Assembly: GCA_002310175.1 (NCBI GenBank)
Contig: DBYG01000044.1
Coordinates: 39,801-103,800 of the forward strand
Reading direction: 5' to 3'
Length of the DNA stretch: 64,000 nucleotides
Origin: Bacteroidales bacterium UBA1192
GTDB taxonomy: Bacteria; Bacteroidota; Bacteroidia; Bacteroidales; Bacteroidaceae
The notes beneath the pieces were generated by a model. It searched no databases. It had not been told where the DNA came from and was given only the letters and a program-made list of their open reading frames with translations. Positions 44,820 to 54,618 of this stretch are shown here, in pieces. Positions within the stretch are counted from its first letter, which is position 1. Every line of letters starts with the position of its first letter. The position numbers were made by a program, and so were the translations under genes.

Positions 44820-47399
44820 ATGGAACTCAAGAATATTCTGACGGCGCTTTCATGCGCAACCATCGGGGTTATTCTAACTTCTGCTGATATTTACAGAGAC
44901 CCTTCACAACCTGCTGAAAAACGTGCTGCCGATCTTGTCGGCAGACTCTCTCTTGAGCAGAAGGTGTCACTCATGCAGAACTCATCACCCGCCATTCCTG
45001 AGTTCGGAATCAAGGCTTACGACTGGTGGAACGAAGCCCTTCATGGGGTGGGACGTGCCGGACTGGCCACAGTCTTCCCGCAGGCCATAGGTATGGCTGC
45101 ATCGTTTGATGATGTTCTGCTGCTGGATGTATTCTCTGCAGTCAGTGACGAGGCACGTGCCAAATCCGCACAGTTCGGAAATAACGGTGAGCTCAGACGC
45201 TATCAGGGTCTGACGTTCTGGACTCCTAATGTCAACATCTTCCGTGATCCCCGTTGGGGACGTGGACAGGAGACATATGGCGAGGATCCATATCTAACTT
45301 CGCGCATGGGTGTTTCGGTGGTAAAGGGCCTGCAGGGCCCAAGCGACATATCCAAGTATGATAAGCTCCATGCCTGTGCCAAGCACTTTGCCGTTCACAG
45401 TGGTCCTGAATGGAACCGCCATGAGTTCAATGCCGAGAATATTGAACCGCGTGACCTGCGCGAGACTTACCTGCCGGCTTTCAAGGCTCTGGTTCAGGAG
45501 GCCGGAGTCAAGGAGGTGATGTGCGCCTATAACCGGTATGAAGACGATCCGTGCTGCGGAAGCAACCGCCTGTTGCAGCAGATCCTGCGTGACGAGTGGG
45601 GCTTCAAGGGCATTGTATTGTCTGACTGCTGGGCTATCAACGATTTTTATACCAAGGGTCATCACGAGACTGAACCCGATGCCAAACATGCCACCGCAAA
45701 GGCCGTTCTGACCGGAACTGACCTGGAGTGCGGCAGTTCATACGGGGCACTTGTACAGGCTGTGAAGGACGGACTCATCAAGGAGTCCGATATTGACGTT
45801 TCGGTCACAAGGCTTCTCACCGCACGTTTCGAGTTGGGAGAGATGGATGAGGATGTTGAATGGAACAGAATCCCATACAGCGTTGTCGATAGCAGGGAAC
45901 ACAGGGAATTGGCTCTCAGGATGGCTCAGGAGAGCATGGTTCTGCTTAAGAACAACGGCTTGTTGCCTTTGAAGCGCGGGACCAGGGTGGTTGTCATGGG
46001 ACCTAACGCCAACGATTCTGTCATGCAGTGGGGTAACTACAACGGCACACCGTCCCACACCGTGACTCTGCTTGAAGCAATCCGCAGGATGGGTGGACAG
46101 GTGGAATATCTTAAAGGTTGTGACTATGCTTCGAACATGCTATCCCTTGTCAGTCTTTTCAGTCAGTGCAGTGCAAGTGGTCTTCAGGGCTTTGATGCCA
46201 AGTACTGGAACAACGCCCGTGGAATGGGTGAGCCTGACGTGCTCCGTCACAACACTACACCTCTTCGTTTTGCTACAGCAGGCGCCACTGTCTTCGCCCC
46301 TAACGTGAATCTTGAGGACTTTGCTGCTGAATACAATTCGGTTTTCCATGCCAATAAAGATGGTGATGTAGCTTTCTACATGCAGAATCAGGGCAATGCC
46401 ATGATTTATGTTAACGGGAAACTGGTGGCTGTCGGTCGTAACGGTGATATTGCCAAGAAGGTATATACCCTTGATGCAAAGGCCGGTGAGGACTATGAAA
46501 TCAGGATAACCTTCAACTGCCGCAAGGGGGAGGCCTCACTCTCATTTGACCTGGGGTATGAGGAGGAGATAAGCATTGAAAAAACCGTCGCTGTCACTGC
46601 TGATGCCGATGTGATTATTTTTGCAGGTGGTATCTCACCTTCGCTTGAAGGCGAGGAGATGCCGGTCAGCATTCCCGGATTCAAGGGAGGTGACCGTACC
46701 GCAATAGAGCTTCCCGCAGCCCAGATTGAACTGATACAGGCTCTCAAGAAGGCCGGACGTAAGATAGTGTTTGTGAATTTCTCAGGTTCGGCAATCGGAC
46801 TTGCTGAAACAGAGCCTTCATGTGATGCTATCCTTCAGGCATGGTATCCCGGTCAGGATGGAGGTACAGCCATTGCATCAGTCCTTTATGGTGAGTATAA
46901 TCCTGCAGGTCGTCTGCCTGTGACATTCTACAGGAGCACCAGTCAGCTCCCGGATTTTGAGGATTACTCCATGAAGGGACGCACTTACCGTTACATGACT
47001 GAGAAACCTCTATATCCTTTTGGATACGGATTGAGCTACTCTTCATTCAGCTACGGCAAGGGAAGGCTTTCCGCCAGGTCAGTCAGTTCTGATAACGGTA
47101 TCATTCTTACCGTTCCTGTAACCAACAACGGCTCCATGGACGGACAGGAGGTGGTGCAGGTCTATCTGTGCCGTCCTTCCGACAAGGAAGGACCATCACA
47201 TGCACTGCGTGCCTTCAAGCGTGTGGATGTCCCCAAGGGTGCAACCGTGAATGTGGAGTTTGAACTCACTCCCAATCAGTTTGAATGGTTCGATGACCGG
47301 CATGACCAGATGCGCCTCATCCCCGGCAAGTATGAACTGCTCTACGGCGGATCATCTGATATGGATGGGCTGAACAAGCTGAAAGTTACCGTCAGGTAA
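44820..47399 (+). CDS. Glycoside hydrolase family 3 (beta-xylosidase/beta-glucosidase type) with PA14-like insertion
   Basis: Motifs YDWWNEALHGV, KHFAVHSGPE and GIVLSDC. A PA14-like block lies at about aa 440-570. The ATG directly follows the stop of the Gly-rich gene. Confidence 0.88.
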   Translation: MELKNILTALSCATIGVILTSADIYRDPSQPAEKRAADLVGRLSLEQKVSLMQNSSPAIPEFGIKAYDWWNEALHGVGRAGLATVFPQAIGMAASFDDVLLLDVFSAVSDEARAKSAQFGNNGELRRYQGLTFWTPNVNIFRDPRWGRGQETYGEDPYLTSRMGVSVVKGLQGPSDISKYDKLHACAKHFAVHSGPEWNRHEFNAENIEPRDLRETYLPAFKALVQEAGVKEVMCAYNRYEDDPCCGSNRLLQQILRDEWGFKGIVLSDCWAINDFYTKGHHETEPDAKHATAKAVLTGTDLECGSSYGALVQAVKDGLIKESDIDVSVTRLLTARFELGEMDEDVEWNRIPYSVVDSREHRELALRMAQESMVLLKNNGLLPLKRGTRVVVMGPNANDSVMQWGNYNGTPSHTVTLLEAIRRMGGQVEYLKGCDYASNMLSLVSLFSQCSASGLQGFDAKYWNNARGMGEPDVLRHNTTPLRFATAGATVFAPNVNLEDFAAEYNSVFHANKDGDVAFYMQNQGNAMIYVNGKLVAVGRNGDIAKKVYTLDAKAGEDYEIRITFNCRKGEASLSFDLGYEEEISIEKTVAVTADADVIIFAGGISPSLEGEEMPVSIPGFKGGDRTAIELPAAQIELIQALKKAGRKIVFVNFSGSAIGLAETEPSCDAILQAWYPGQDGGTAIASVLYGEYNPAGRLPVTFYRSTSQLPDFEDYSMKGRTYRYMTEKPLYPFGYGLSYSSFSYGKGRLSARSVSSDNGIILTVPVTNNGSMDGQEVVQVYLCRPSDKEGPSHALRAFKRVDVPKGATVNVEFELTPNQFEWFDDRHDQMRLIPGKYELLYGGSSDMDGLNKLKVTVR

Positions 47400-47401
47400 T
47401 T

Positions 47402-49489
47402 CTACTCTATTATTTCCAACTGTCTGAGTAGAGCCTCAGGCTGTGGGTCATGTCCCCGGAACTCACGGTATAGTACAGCCGGATCAACGCTCCCTCCCTG
47501 TTCAAGCAGGTGACGGAACTTTCCGGCTGTTTCCTTGTCGAAAATACCCTTCTCCTTGAAAAGGGAGAATCCGTCAGCGGCAAGCACTTCGGACCATTTG
47601 TATGAGTAGTAGCCAGCCGCATATCCACCACTGAAAATATGTGAGAATGAGGTGGATATGATGCAGTCATCGACAGGAGGCAGTACATCCGTATTCTTCA
47701 GGGCATCCTTCTCGAAACGTATGACCGTCTCGCTTACCGGAGCGGTAAGCGTGTGCCATGACATATCGAGCACTCCAAACTGAATCTGACGCATGTGATA
47801 GTATGCCGACATATAGTTCATGGAGGCTTTGATCTTGCTGATCATCTCGTCCGGTATGGGCTCGCCGGTCTTGTAATGACGCGCGAATGTGGTCAGATAC
47901 TCCTTCTCGTAACCCCAGTTCTCCATTATCTGTGAAGGCAGTTCCACAAAGTCATGATCCACGTTGGTGCCGGTCTGTGAGGGATAGCGGCCCTTGGCCA
48001 TTATCCCGTGCAGTGAATGTCCGAATTCATGCAGCATAGTGGTGAACTCGTCATGGGTGAGTAGCGAGGGGCTGTCGGCCGTAGGCTTGGTGAAGTTCGT
48101 CACAAGACTTATGAATGGACGTTCTTCCACACCGTTCTCAATTTTCAGTCCACGGAATTCTGTCATCCAGGCTCCGCTGCGCTTGCTGGCGCGTGGGAAG
48201 AAATCGGCATAGAAGAGTGCCAGGTGTGAGCCATCGGCATCGGTCACCTTATATACCTTGACATCTGGGTGATAGACAGGTACGTCAATAGGTTTGAAGC
48301 TGATTCCGTACAGACGGTTGGCCAGACTGAAAATGGCATCGATGCAGTCCTCCAGACGGAAATATGGCTTCATCTCCTCTACGCTCAGGTCATATTTCTC
48401 CACTCGCAGTTTCTCTGCCCAGTAGCTGAAATCCCAAGGCATTATCCTGTCGCCTTCAAATCCCTTGCTTCTGGCATAACGGTTCAGATCCTCCAGCTCT
48501 TCTGTCGCTACCGGTTTAGCCGGTTCAGACAACTTGCCAATGAAATCCCATACCGCAGCGCCGTTCCTGACCATACGTTCCTCAGTCTGGTAGTCGGCAA
48601 AATCCTTATATCCCAAAAGGGCCGCTTTCCTGTATCGCAGGTCCACAATCTTCTTTATTGTCTCGCAGTTGTCCCATTCATCGCCGTAAGCGCGGGTGTT
48701 GTAAGCCTTGTAGTATTTCTCGCGAAGGTCTCTGCGGTCACTGTATTTCATGAATCCGCCGTAGCTTGGTGCAGACAGGTCGAACAGCCATCCGTCAACA
48801 CCCTTTTCCTTGGCGGCCAGGGCGGCCATCTCCCTTACAAAACCGGGAAGTCCGGCCAGTTCGGCCTCATCATGAAGGACCATGCTGAAGGCATTGGTGG
48901 AAGAGAGCTGGTTCTTCTGGAACTGCAGGGTGAGCAGGGAGAGCTCTTCCTCGATGGCGGCGTATGTCTTCTTGTCCTCCACGCTGAGGTTGGCTCCGCT
49001 GCGCTCGAATGATTTGTATGTGTCAGTCAGAAGTTTTAACTGAGCTGGGTCCAGATTAAGTGAACCCCTCTGTTCATATACCTTCCTGACTCGTTCAAAC
49101 AGCTTTTCATTAAGGCTGACGTACATGGAGTATTCGGTCATCATGGGCGATATCTCTTCAGCTATCTGCTGGAGGGTGTCGTTGGCATCGGCCTCAAGCA
49201 GATTGTAAAATATGCCGCTAACCTTATTAACCGCACTTCCTGCATAGTCCAGAGCCTCAATGGTGTTACTGAACGAAGGTTCTTCGCGGTTGTTTACTAT
49301 GGCGTCTATTTCGGCCTTTCCTTCCTTTACTGCCTGTTTGAACGCCGGGATGTAATGTTCTTCGGAGATCTTGTCAAATTGCGGTGCCCCGTAAGGTAGC
49401 GGGGACGGGGTGAGTAATGGATTGTTCTGCATAGTGCACGCTGTCAACAGCGTCATGACTGACGCTATACAAATGAATAATTTTTTCAT
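47402..49489 (-). CDS. dcp: Peptidyl-dipeptidase Dcp / M3 family metallopeptidase, lipoprotein
   Basis: Zinc motif HEFGH and lipobox LLTAC. The ATG at 49489 is preferred because a -7 box TAAATTTG at 49514-49521 overlaps the longer track start. Confidence 0.85.
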   Translation of the reverse strand: MKKLFICIASVMTLLTACTMQNNPLLTPSPLPYGAPQFDKISEEHYIPAFKQAVKEGKAEIDAIVNNREEPSFSNTIEALDYAGSAVNKVSGIFYNLLEADANDTLQQIAEEISPMMTEYSMYVSLNEKLFERVRKVYEQRGSLNLDPAQLKLLTDTYKSFERSGANLSVEDKKTYAAIEEELSLLTLQFQKNQLSSTNAFSMVLHDEAELAGLPGFVREMAALAAKEKGVDGWLFDLSAPSYGGFMKYSDRRDLREKYYKAYNTRAYGDEWDNCETIKKIVDLRYRKAALLGYKDFADYQTEERMVRNGAAVWDFIGKLSEPAKPVATEELEDLNRYARSKGFEGDRIMPWDFSYWAEKLRVEKYDLSVEEMKPYFRLEDCIDAIFSLANRLYGISFKPIDVPVYHPDVKVYKVTDADGSHLALFYADFFPRASKRSGAWMTEFRGLKIENGVEERPFISLVTNFTKPTADSPSLLTHDEFTTMLHEFGHSLHGIMAKGRYPSQTGTNVDHDFVELPSQIMENWGYEKEYLTTFARHYKTGEPIPDEMISKIKASMNYMSAYYHMRQIQFGVLDMSWHTLTAPVSETVIRFEKDALKNTDVLPPVDDCIISTSFSHIFSGGYAAGYYSYKWSEVLAADGFSLFKEKGIFDKETAGKFRHLLEQGGSVDPAVLYREFRGHDPQPEALLRQLEIIE

Positions 49490-49561
49490 TAATATAAAGG
49501 TGTATTGTTTTTGCAAATTTACAAAAACATACTATCTTTACCGCAATTATTATGTAATCAA

Positions 49562-50842
49562 ATGAGAGTTCGCGTCATATTATCTTTGCTGACAGTTGTT
49601 TTCTGCCTACCATCAGCGCGGGCTCAGGATATCAGTTACAATGCCGTTTACCGGGTTGACGGAGAGACTTCCCCGGGAGAGACATACCGTTCACACGTAA
49701 ACATTGAATCCATGGATATGGACGAGAGTGCTGTCCTGGCTGAGAAAAAAGCCAAGCTCATTCTAACTTCCGTCCGTGTGAACAAGACCGGAGGCGTATT
49801 GTCATTGGCGCAGCTTCGTGATCAGTATGGGGTGAATTCGGCTGTGCTCGCTACAGACGGAAGCAATGTCCTTATGGAAAACCCTACGGTAAATGTCCAC
49901 GTTTCAATGTCCGATGCTGTAACCTCACAAGGTCCCGGAACATCAGTAATTGTCAAAGGAGGCCAGATCAATATCACCCGTGACATGTCAAGCGGCCTAA
50001 AGGCGATGAAGGGTGGATTGCTGACAGCCGAGAAAGTAACTGTCTCCACACTGGGAAACCACAGTCCCGCTGTCTCTGCAATCTTACCTGGCAGCAGGGT
50101 CGTAGTTAGCGGGTTGAAGGGCAGCACCAATGGAGTCAGTTCACCTCTTTTCCATGCGTCGGGTGAGCTCTCCGCTTCAGGATGCCTCATGGAATCCGGA
50201 GCATCCCAGATTTCCACTGTGGAGGGCATTGGCAGTCTCTCTTTGGAGAATTGTGAATTCGGGGGAGCCAACTACTGCGGATTCCTGGTGTATTCATCGG
50301 AAGCAAGGAGTGGTCAGGCAGAGTCAGGTATCGCTCTTACGGGATGTAAGATCACAATCAAAGGCGGTCCTTTCATTTACGCCACAAACACGGATGTACA
50401 TGTCCGTATGGAAAAGAATACCATTTCCAACAGCTCCCGGATACTTTTGTGTGCCCAGAAAGATGACTGGGGAAAAGAAGGTGAGAACGGAGCCAGGGTG
50501 ACAATTGATGCCGTAAAACAGAAACTGGATGGTGACATTCTGATTGACGGTATAAGTGCAGTAAGGATAAACCTCGGTAAGGGAAGCCTGTTGAACGGCT
50601 CTGTCAATCCGGAGGCTAATCCTGGTGCCGAGGCCCGGCTTTTTATCTCAAAGGGCGCCTCATGGAATCCTAAAGATAACTCGTATATCACATCGGTTGA
50701 GTTTGAAGAACCGGTCGAAAAAGGTGTAAAGCGTATAAAGAGCAGGAATGATATTGTCTATGATTCCGGTGATCCGGCCAACAGCAAGCTTGAGGGCAAG
50801 CAATACAAACTGGGCGGAGGCGGTTTGCTCAGACCAATGTAA
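49562..50842 (+). CDS. Secreted hypothetical protein, probable right-handed beta-helix
   Basis: Signal peptide MRVRVILSLLTVVFCLPSARA. Repetitive 20-25-aa segments are rich in G/S/V/N (VIVKGGQINIT, VVVSGLKGS, IALTGCKITIKGG). Confidence 0.55.
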   Translation: MRVRVILSLLTVVFCLPSARAQDISYNAVYRVDGETSPGETYRSHVNIESMDMDESAVLAEKKAKLILTSVRVNKTGGVLSLAQLRDQYGVNSAVLATDGSNVLMENPTVNVHVSMSDAVTSQGPGTSVIVKGGQINITRDMSSGLKAMKGGLLTAEKVTVSTLGNHSPAVSAILPGSRVVVSGLKGSTNGVSSPLFHASGELSASGCLMESGASQISTVEGIGSLSLENCEFGGANYCGFLVYSSEARSGQAESGIALTGCKITIKGGPFIYATNTDVHVRMEKNTISNSSRILLCAQKDDWGKEGENGARVTIDAVKQKLDGDILIDGISAVRINLGKGSLLNGSVNPEANPGAEARLFISKGASWNPKDNSYITSVEFEEPVEKGVKRIKSRNDIVYDSGDPANSKLEGKQYKLGGGGLLRPM

Positions 50843-50856
50843 GTTGATTATTCAGA

Positions 50857-52143
50857 ATGGAAAAAAAGTATAATTTGCCTGTCAGGGCACTGAATGGTGT
50901 CATTTTACCTGTTATTATTGTAATGTCGTTGTTTGTTTCCTGTTTTTGGGAACATCACCATCATACCCAGGAAGAATCCAGAACCGTTCTTATCTATATG
51001 GCAGCCGACAACAACCTTTCCAGGTTCGTCAACATGAATATCAGCCAGATGAGATATGTGGCCAGATCATTTCCCGAAAACTCCAATCTTATCGTGTATG
51101 TGGATAAACAGGAGATTCCGCCCATGTTACTGCATGTAACCTATAACTCCATTGATACCGTCAGTGTATATAAGGAGTTGAATTCAGCTGATCCTTCCAC
51201 TCTCAGAATGGTTATAGACGAGGTCAAGACCCGTTGGGAGGCCGAAAATTACGGACTGGTGCTGTGGTCGCATGGGATGGGATGGGTTCCTACTTCACAG
51301 CTGCATAATGTGGCCAGCGTCATGGGGTATGCCCCGTCACGTGATTCAGGGAGGGACAAAATGCCTCTGTATGAGAAACATCCGGAAGTAAGGGATATGT
51401 TCGCACCTGAAACCAAGGGTTTTGGTTATGAAAGGTATCCTGATCAGGATTCCCCATACTCAAGCATGGATGTTAAAGAGTTGACTGATGCCATTCCGGA
51501 TGACCTTTTCGAGTTTATCATTTTCGACACTTGTTATATGGGATGCGTGGAGCTTGCTTACGCCTTTAGGAACAAGGCCGATTGGTTTGTCTCTTCATCC
51601 TGTGAGATACTTGGTCAGGGATTCCCGTACCATGAACTTACCGTAGATATAATGAAGGCCGACATGTTGTCCGTCTGCAGGAAATATTTCGAGCATTATG
51701 ACAGTGAAATAGGATTTGACCGCCTGGGAACCATATCGCTTGTGGATTGCAGTGTCCTGGATGAACTGGCAGACTGTTTCAGTAAGATAGTTACGCAGAT
51801 AGATGACTATTCATCGCTTGAGGAGGACTCCATCCAGTATCTGGACCGTTTCTGGCCAAGTCATGTATTCTTTGATATGGTTGACCTGGTGGAACATGTC
51901 TGCACTGACAGGGAACTGCTTGATGAATTCAGAATATTGACAAAGAAATGTATCCCATATTCCGCAAGTACGCCATATATTTTTGAGGGAGAACTGTATG
52001 AGATACCTATAGAAAAGTTTTGCGGTCTGAGCATGTATTATCCGTTCGGGAATAATGAGGACCTGAAGAGCGAGTACCGCAAGCTGGAATGGAGTACAAG
52101 AACCGGTTATACAGATTATGTTCAAATCATACGAGGAGATTAA
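50857..52143 (+). CDS. Clostripain-family cysteine peptidase (C11)
   Basis: Motifs VLIYMAADNNLS, WSHGMGW (His) and IFDTCYMG (Cys). Confidence 0.75.
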   Translation: MEKKYNLPVRALNGVILPVIIVMSLFVSCFWEHHHHTQEESRTVLIYMAADNNLSRFVNMNISQMRYVARSFPENSNLIVYVDKQEIPPMLLHVTYNSIDTVSVYKELNSADPSTLRMVIDEVKTRWEAENYGLVLWSHGMGWVPTSQLHNVASVMGYAPSRDSGRDKMPLYEKHPEVRDMFAPETKGFGYERYPDQDSPYSSMDVKELTDAIPDDLFEFIIFDTCYMGCVELAYAFRNKADWFVSSSCEILGQGFPYHELTVDIMKADMLSVCRKYFEHYDSEIGFDRLGTISLVDCSVLDELADCFSKIVTQIDDYSSLEEDSIQYLDRFWPSHVFFDMVDLVEHVCTDRELLDEFRILTKKCIPYSASTPYIFEGELYEIPIEKFCGLSMYYPFGNNEDLKSEYRKLEWSTRTGYTDYVQIIRGD

Positions 52144-53263
52144 CGAAAAGATCCGTAAAGGCAAGGCTGTCGTCCTGACGGCCGAAGAGGTGTCCGGTAT
52201 GGCCCGGACCATGAAACCCAAAGAGATTCTTGAGAAAGTAGATGTAGTGACGACAGCCACGTTCGGGGCCATGTGTTCCAGCGGAGCCTTCCTGAATTTC
52301 GGACACGCAGATCCACCCATCCGGATGGAGAGGATTGAGATCAACGGAGTGCCTGTAAGCGGAGGTCTGGCTGCCGTAGATACGTTTATAGGTGCTACTG
52401 ACTGCAATCCGCAGAACCCCACATACGGCGGAGCACACATAATCCAGGAGCTGATTGAAGGCCGGGAACTCACCCTTGAGGCTTGGGGCAAGGGTACTGA
52501 CTGCTATCCACGCAAGCACATAAAGACCCGGATAAGCCTTAAGACCATTAATGAGGCTATCCTTATGAATCCCCGTAACGCATATCAGAACTATAATGTG
52601 GCGGTAAACACTACGGACCGCACACTATACACCTATATGGGCACCCTGCTGCCTCACATGAAGAATGCCTCATACAGTTCAGCAGGTGAGCTCTCACCGC
52701 TGCTGAATGACCCTGAGTGCCGTACCATCGGTCTGGGAACCCGCATCTTCCTTTGCGGTACCCAGGGTTATGTGGTATGGAACGGCACCCAGTTCAACTG
52801 TTCCAAGCCGCTCAATGAATACGGTGTTCCCATGGGTAATGCCCGCACACTCGCGCTTATGGGTGAGATGCGTGAAATGTCGTCAGAGTTCCTGCGTGGA
52901 GCCTATTTTGAGAAATATGGTGTGACTATGTATGTGGGTGTGGGTGTCCCCATACCTCTGCTTGATGAGGACCTGGCTCACAGAGTCAGTATCAGGAACA
53001 GCCAGATAGATACCTTCATTGAGGATTACGGCTGCAAGGGTGAACTTATAGGCAAGGTCAACTACGAGCAGCTGCGTTCCGGTGAGATAGAGTTCATGGG
53101 CAAGAGGATACATACCGCTCCGCTGTCAAGCCTGTTCAAGGCACGTCAGATTGCTGCTATCCTTAAGGACTGGATTATGAAAGGACAGTTCGAGCTGACA
53201 GCTCCGGTACGTCCCATGCCTAAAGGAACATCACTCCGGGGCCTTAAGGAGATTAATCAGTAA
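52118..53263 (+). CDS. COG1900/DUF39 'homocysteine biosynthesis' protein (no CBS domains)
   Basis: The N-terminus SYEEINEKIRKGKAVVLTAEEV and VDVVTTATFG are typical of DUF39. It overlaps the C11 gene by 26 nt. Confidence 0.7.
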   Translation: MFKSYEEINEKIRKGKAVVLTAEEVSGMARTMKPKEILEKVDVVTTATFGAMCSSGAFLNFGHADPPIRMERIEINGVPVSGGLAAVDTFIGATDCNPQNPTYGGAHIIQELIEGRELTLEAWGKGTDCYPRKHIKTRISLKTINEAILMNPRNAYQNYNVAVNTTDRTLYTYMGTLLPHMKNASYSSAGELSPLLNDPECRTIGLGTRIFLCGTQGYVVWNGTQFNCSKPLNEYGVPMGNARTLALMGEMREMSSEFLRGAYFEKYGVTMYVGVGVPIPLLDEDLAHRVSIRNSQIDTFIEDYGCKGELIGKVNYEQLRSGEIEFMGKRIHTAPLSSLFKARQIAAILKDWIMKGQFELTAPVRPMPKGTSLRGLKEINQ

Positions 53264-53274
53264 ATCATAAGGTC

Positions 53275-53685
53275 ATGACAAAGAAAATAGTCGTATCATT
53301 TCCCGATGGCGAGGCAAGCCGCCCGCTTATCTATGAGCTGATTAAGAAATATGACATCATGGTCAGCATCATCAAGGCCGACATTGACGGAGGACGTCGC
53401 GGCAAGCTGGTGCTTGAACTTGACTCTGACTCGGACCATATAGCTCAGGCCATTGATTTCATGGTTAAGAGCGGAGTGGATGTCAGTCCGCTTGAGACCA
53501 AGATCAGTTTTGACAATACCAGATGCATAAGTTGCGGGGCATGTACCTCAGCCTGTCCGTCAGGGGCTCTCTCCATAAGCGGACCGGATTGGAAACTCAG
53601 TTTCCAGCCTGATAAGTGTGTGGTCTGCAAACTCTGTATCACATCATGCCCGCTGAAACTCTTTAAGATTGAATTCGCTGACTGA
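53275..53685 (+). CDS. NIL domain + 2x[4Fe-4S] ferredoxin protein
   Basis: An N-terminal NIL-like domain, then CISCGACTSACP and CVVCKLCITSCP. Confidence 0.75.
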   Translation: MTKKIVVSFPDGEASRPLIYELIKKYDIMVSIIKADIDGGRRGKLVLELDSDSDHIAQAIDFMVKSGVDVSPLETKISFDNTRCISCGACTSACPSGALSISGPDWKLSFQPDKCVVCKLCITSCPLKLFKIEFAD

Positions 53686-53691
53686 ATCATA

Positions 53692-54450
53692 ATGGAATAT
53701 AAGGAGCGCAGTTACCGCAGCCGTTTTTCGGATAATGGCCGACGCTGGTTCTGTGTCAGGTTCCTGGAATCGGATTTATGGATAGGAGTCGATAACGGCT
53801 CCTATCATACATCTATGGAGCAGGAGGCTTACACCGCTCTTGTGGAACTGCGCCGTTCCATGGATGCCTATCTGATTTCAGACCCTTCTTATAAAAGCGC
53901 GCTTGTCCCTTATGATGCAGGCGTTGAGGCTCCTTCCATACTCAAGTATATGTCCAGGGTCAGCCACAAGACCGGAATAGGACCTATGAGCGCCGTTGCA
54001 GGTGCTGTCGCCCTTTATATGGCGGATTACATCATGGAACGTTTCACGGCGGCTGAAGTGATTGTGGAAAACGGAGGTGACATATACGCTACCGTGAGGG
54101 AGGATATGGATATAGCGGTCTTTGCCGGAGGGTCCCCGCTTTCGGAAAGGGTGGGGCTGCACATCCCCTCATCGGCATTCCCTCTTGGGATATGCACCTC
54201 CAGCGGAACTGTAGGACCGTCGCTCAGCCTTGGCTGTGCTGATGCCGTCATGATTGTGTGCCGGGATGTCCTGCTGGCTGACAGTTACGCTACCGCTATG
54301 GCTAACCGTATCCGTACTACCGATGACCTTAAGCCGGTAATAGACTACATCCGTACCGTACCTGATATCCTTGGTGCCCTTGCTGTCAAGGATGACCGCA
54401 TGGCGGTATGCGGGCAGTTTGAGTTGAGATTATTCAGAAATCTGTTCTGA
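53692..54450 (+). CDS. UPF0280 / COG2122 ApbE-like protein
   Basis: 252 aa. The N-terminus YKERSYRS...ESDLWI is typical of UPF0280. Confidence 0.65.
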   Translation: MEYKERSYRSRFSDNGRRWFCVRFLESDLWIGVDNGSYHTSMEQEAYTALVELRRSMDAYLISDPSYKSALVPYDAGVEAPSILKYMSRVSHKTGIGPMSAVAGAVALYMADYIMERFTAAEVIVENGGDIYATVREDMDIAVFAGGSPLSERVGLHIPSSAFPLGICTSSGTVGPSLSLGCADAVMIVCRDVLLADSYATAMANRIRTTDDLKPVIDYIRTVPDILGALAVKDDRMAVCGQFELRLFRNLF

Positions 54451-54576
54451 AGTGATGTATGAGATGTGGAGGATAGATATGCTGACTGTAAACTCTGTCA
54501 TGGAAAAATGTGGATACTCTCTTACGGACTGTTCTCTTTTCACATCTCCTTTTTTTACATATCGGTTTATTTTATG

Positions 54577-54584
54577 TAAGTTTG
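54577..54584 (+). promoter_or_regulatory. -7 box TAAGTTTG
   Basis: It lies 35 nt upstream of the ATG at 54619. Confidence 0.45.
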
Positions 54585-54618
54585 CAGTTGAGACTAACAA
54601 TTCTACCAAATAAAAGTT

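Noticed and set aside
44651-44863. Pro-rich ORFs (PPKPPAPP...) here and at 57720..57986 and 59305..59694.
   Set aside because: They are the antisense or shifted reading of GGN-repeat DNA. The Gly-rich frames are continuous with signal peptides and folded domains, so the Pro-rich frames are artefacts.
51900-52118. SAM riboswitch or Met leader upstream of the COG1900 homocysteine gene.
   Set aside because: The region is fully occupied by the C11 peptidase coding sequence, which overlaps by 26 nt. No non-coding space is available.
54458-54556. Possible terminator after the UPF0280 gene (GAGATGTG ... CACATCTC followed by a T7 run).
   Set aside because: The arms are separated by about 65 nt with no convincing inner structure. 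I could not support it as a canonical intrinsic terminator without folding software.
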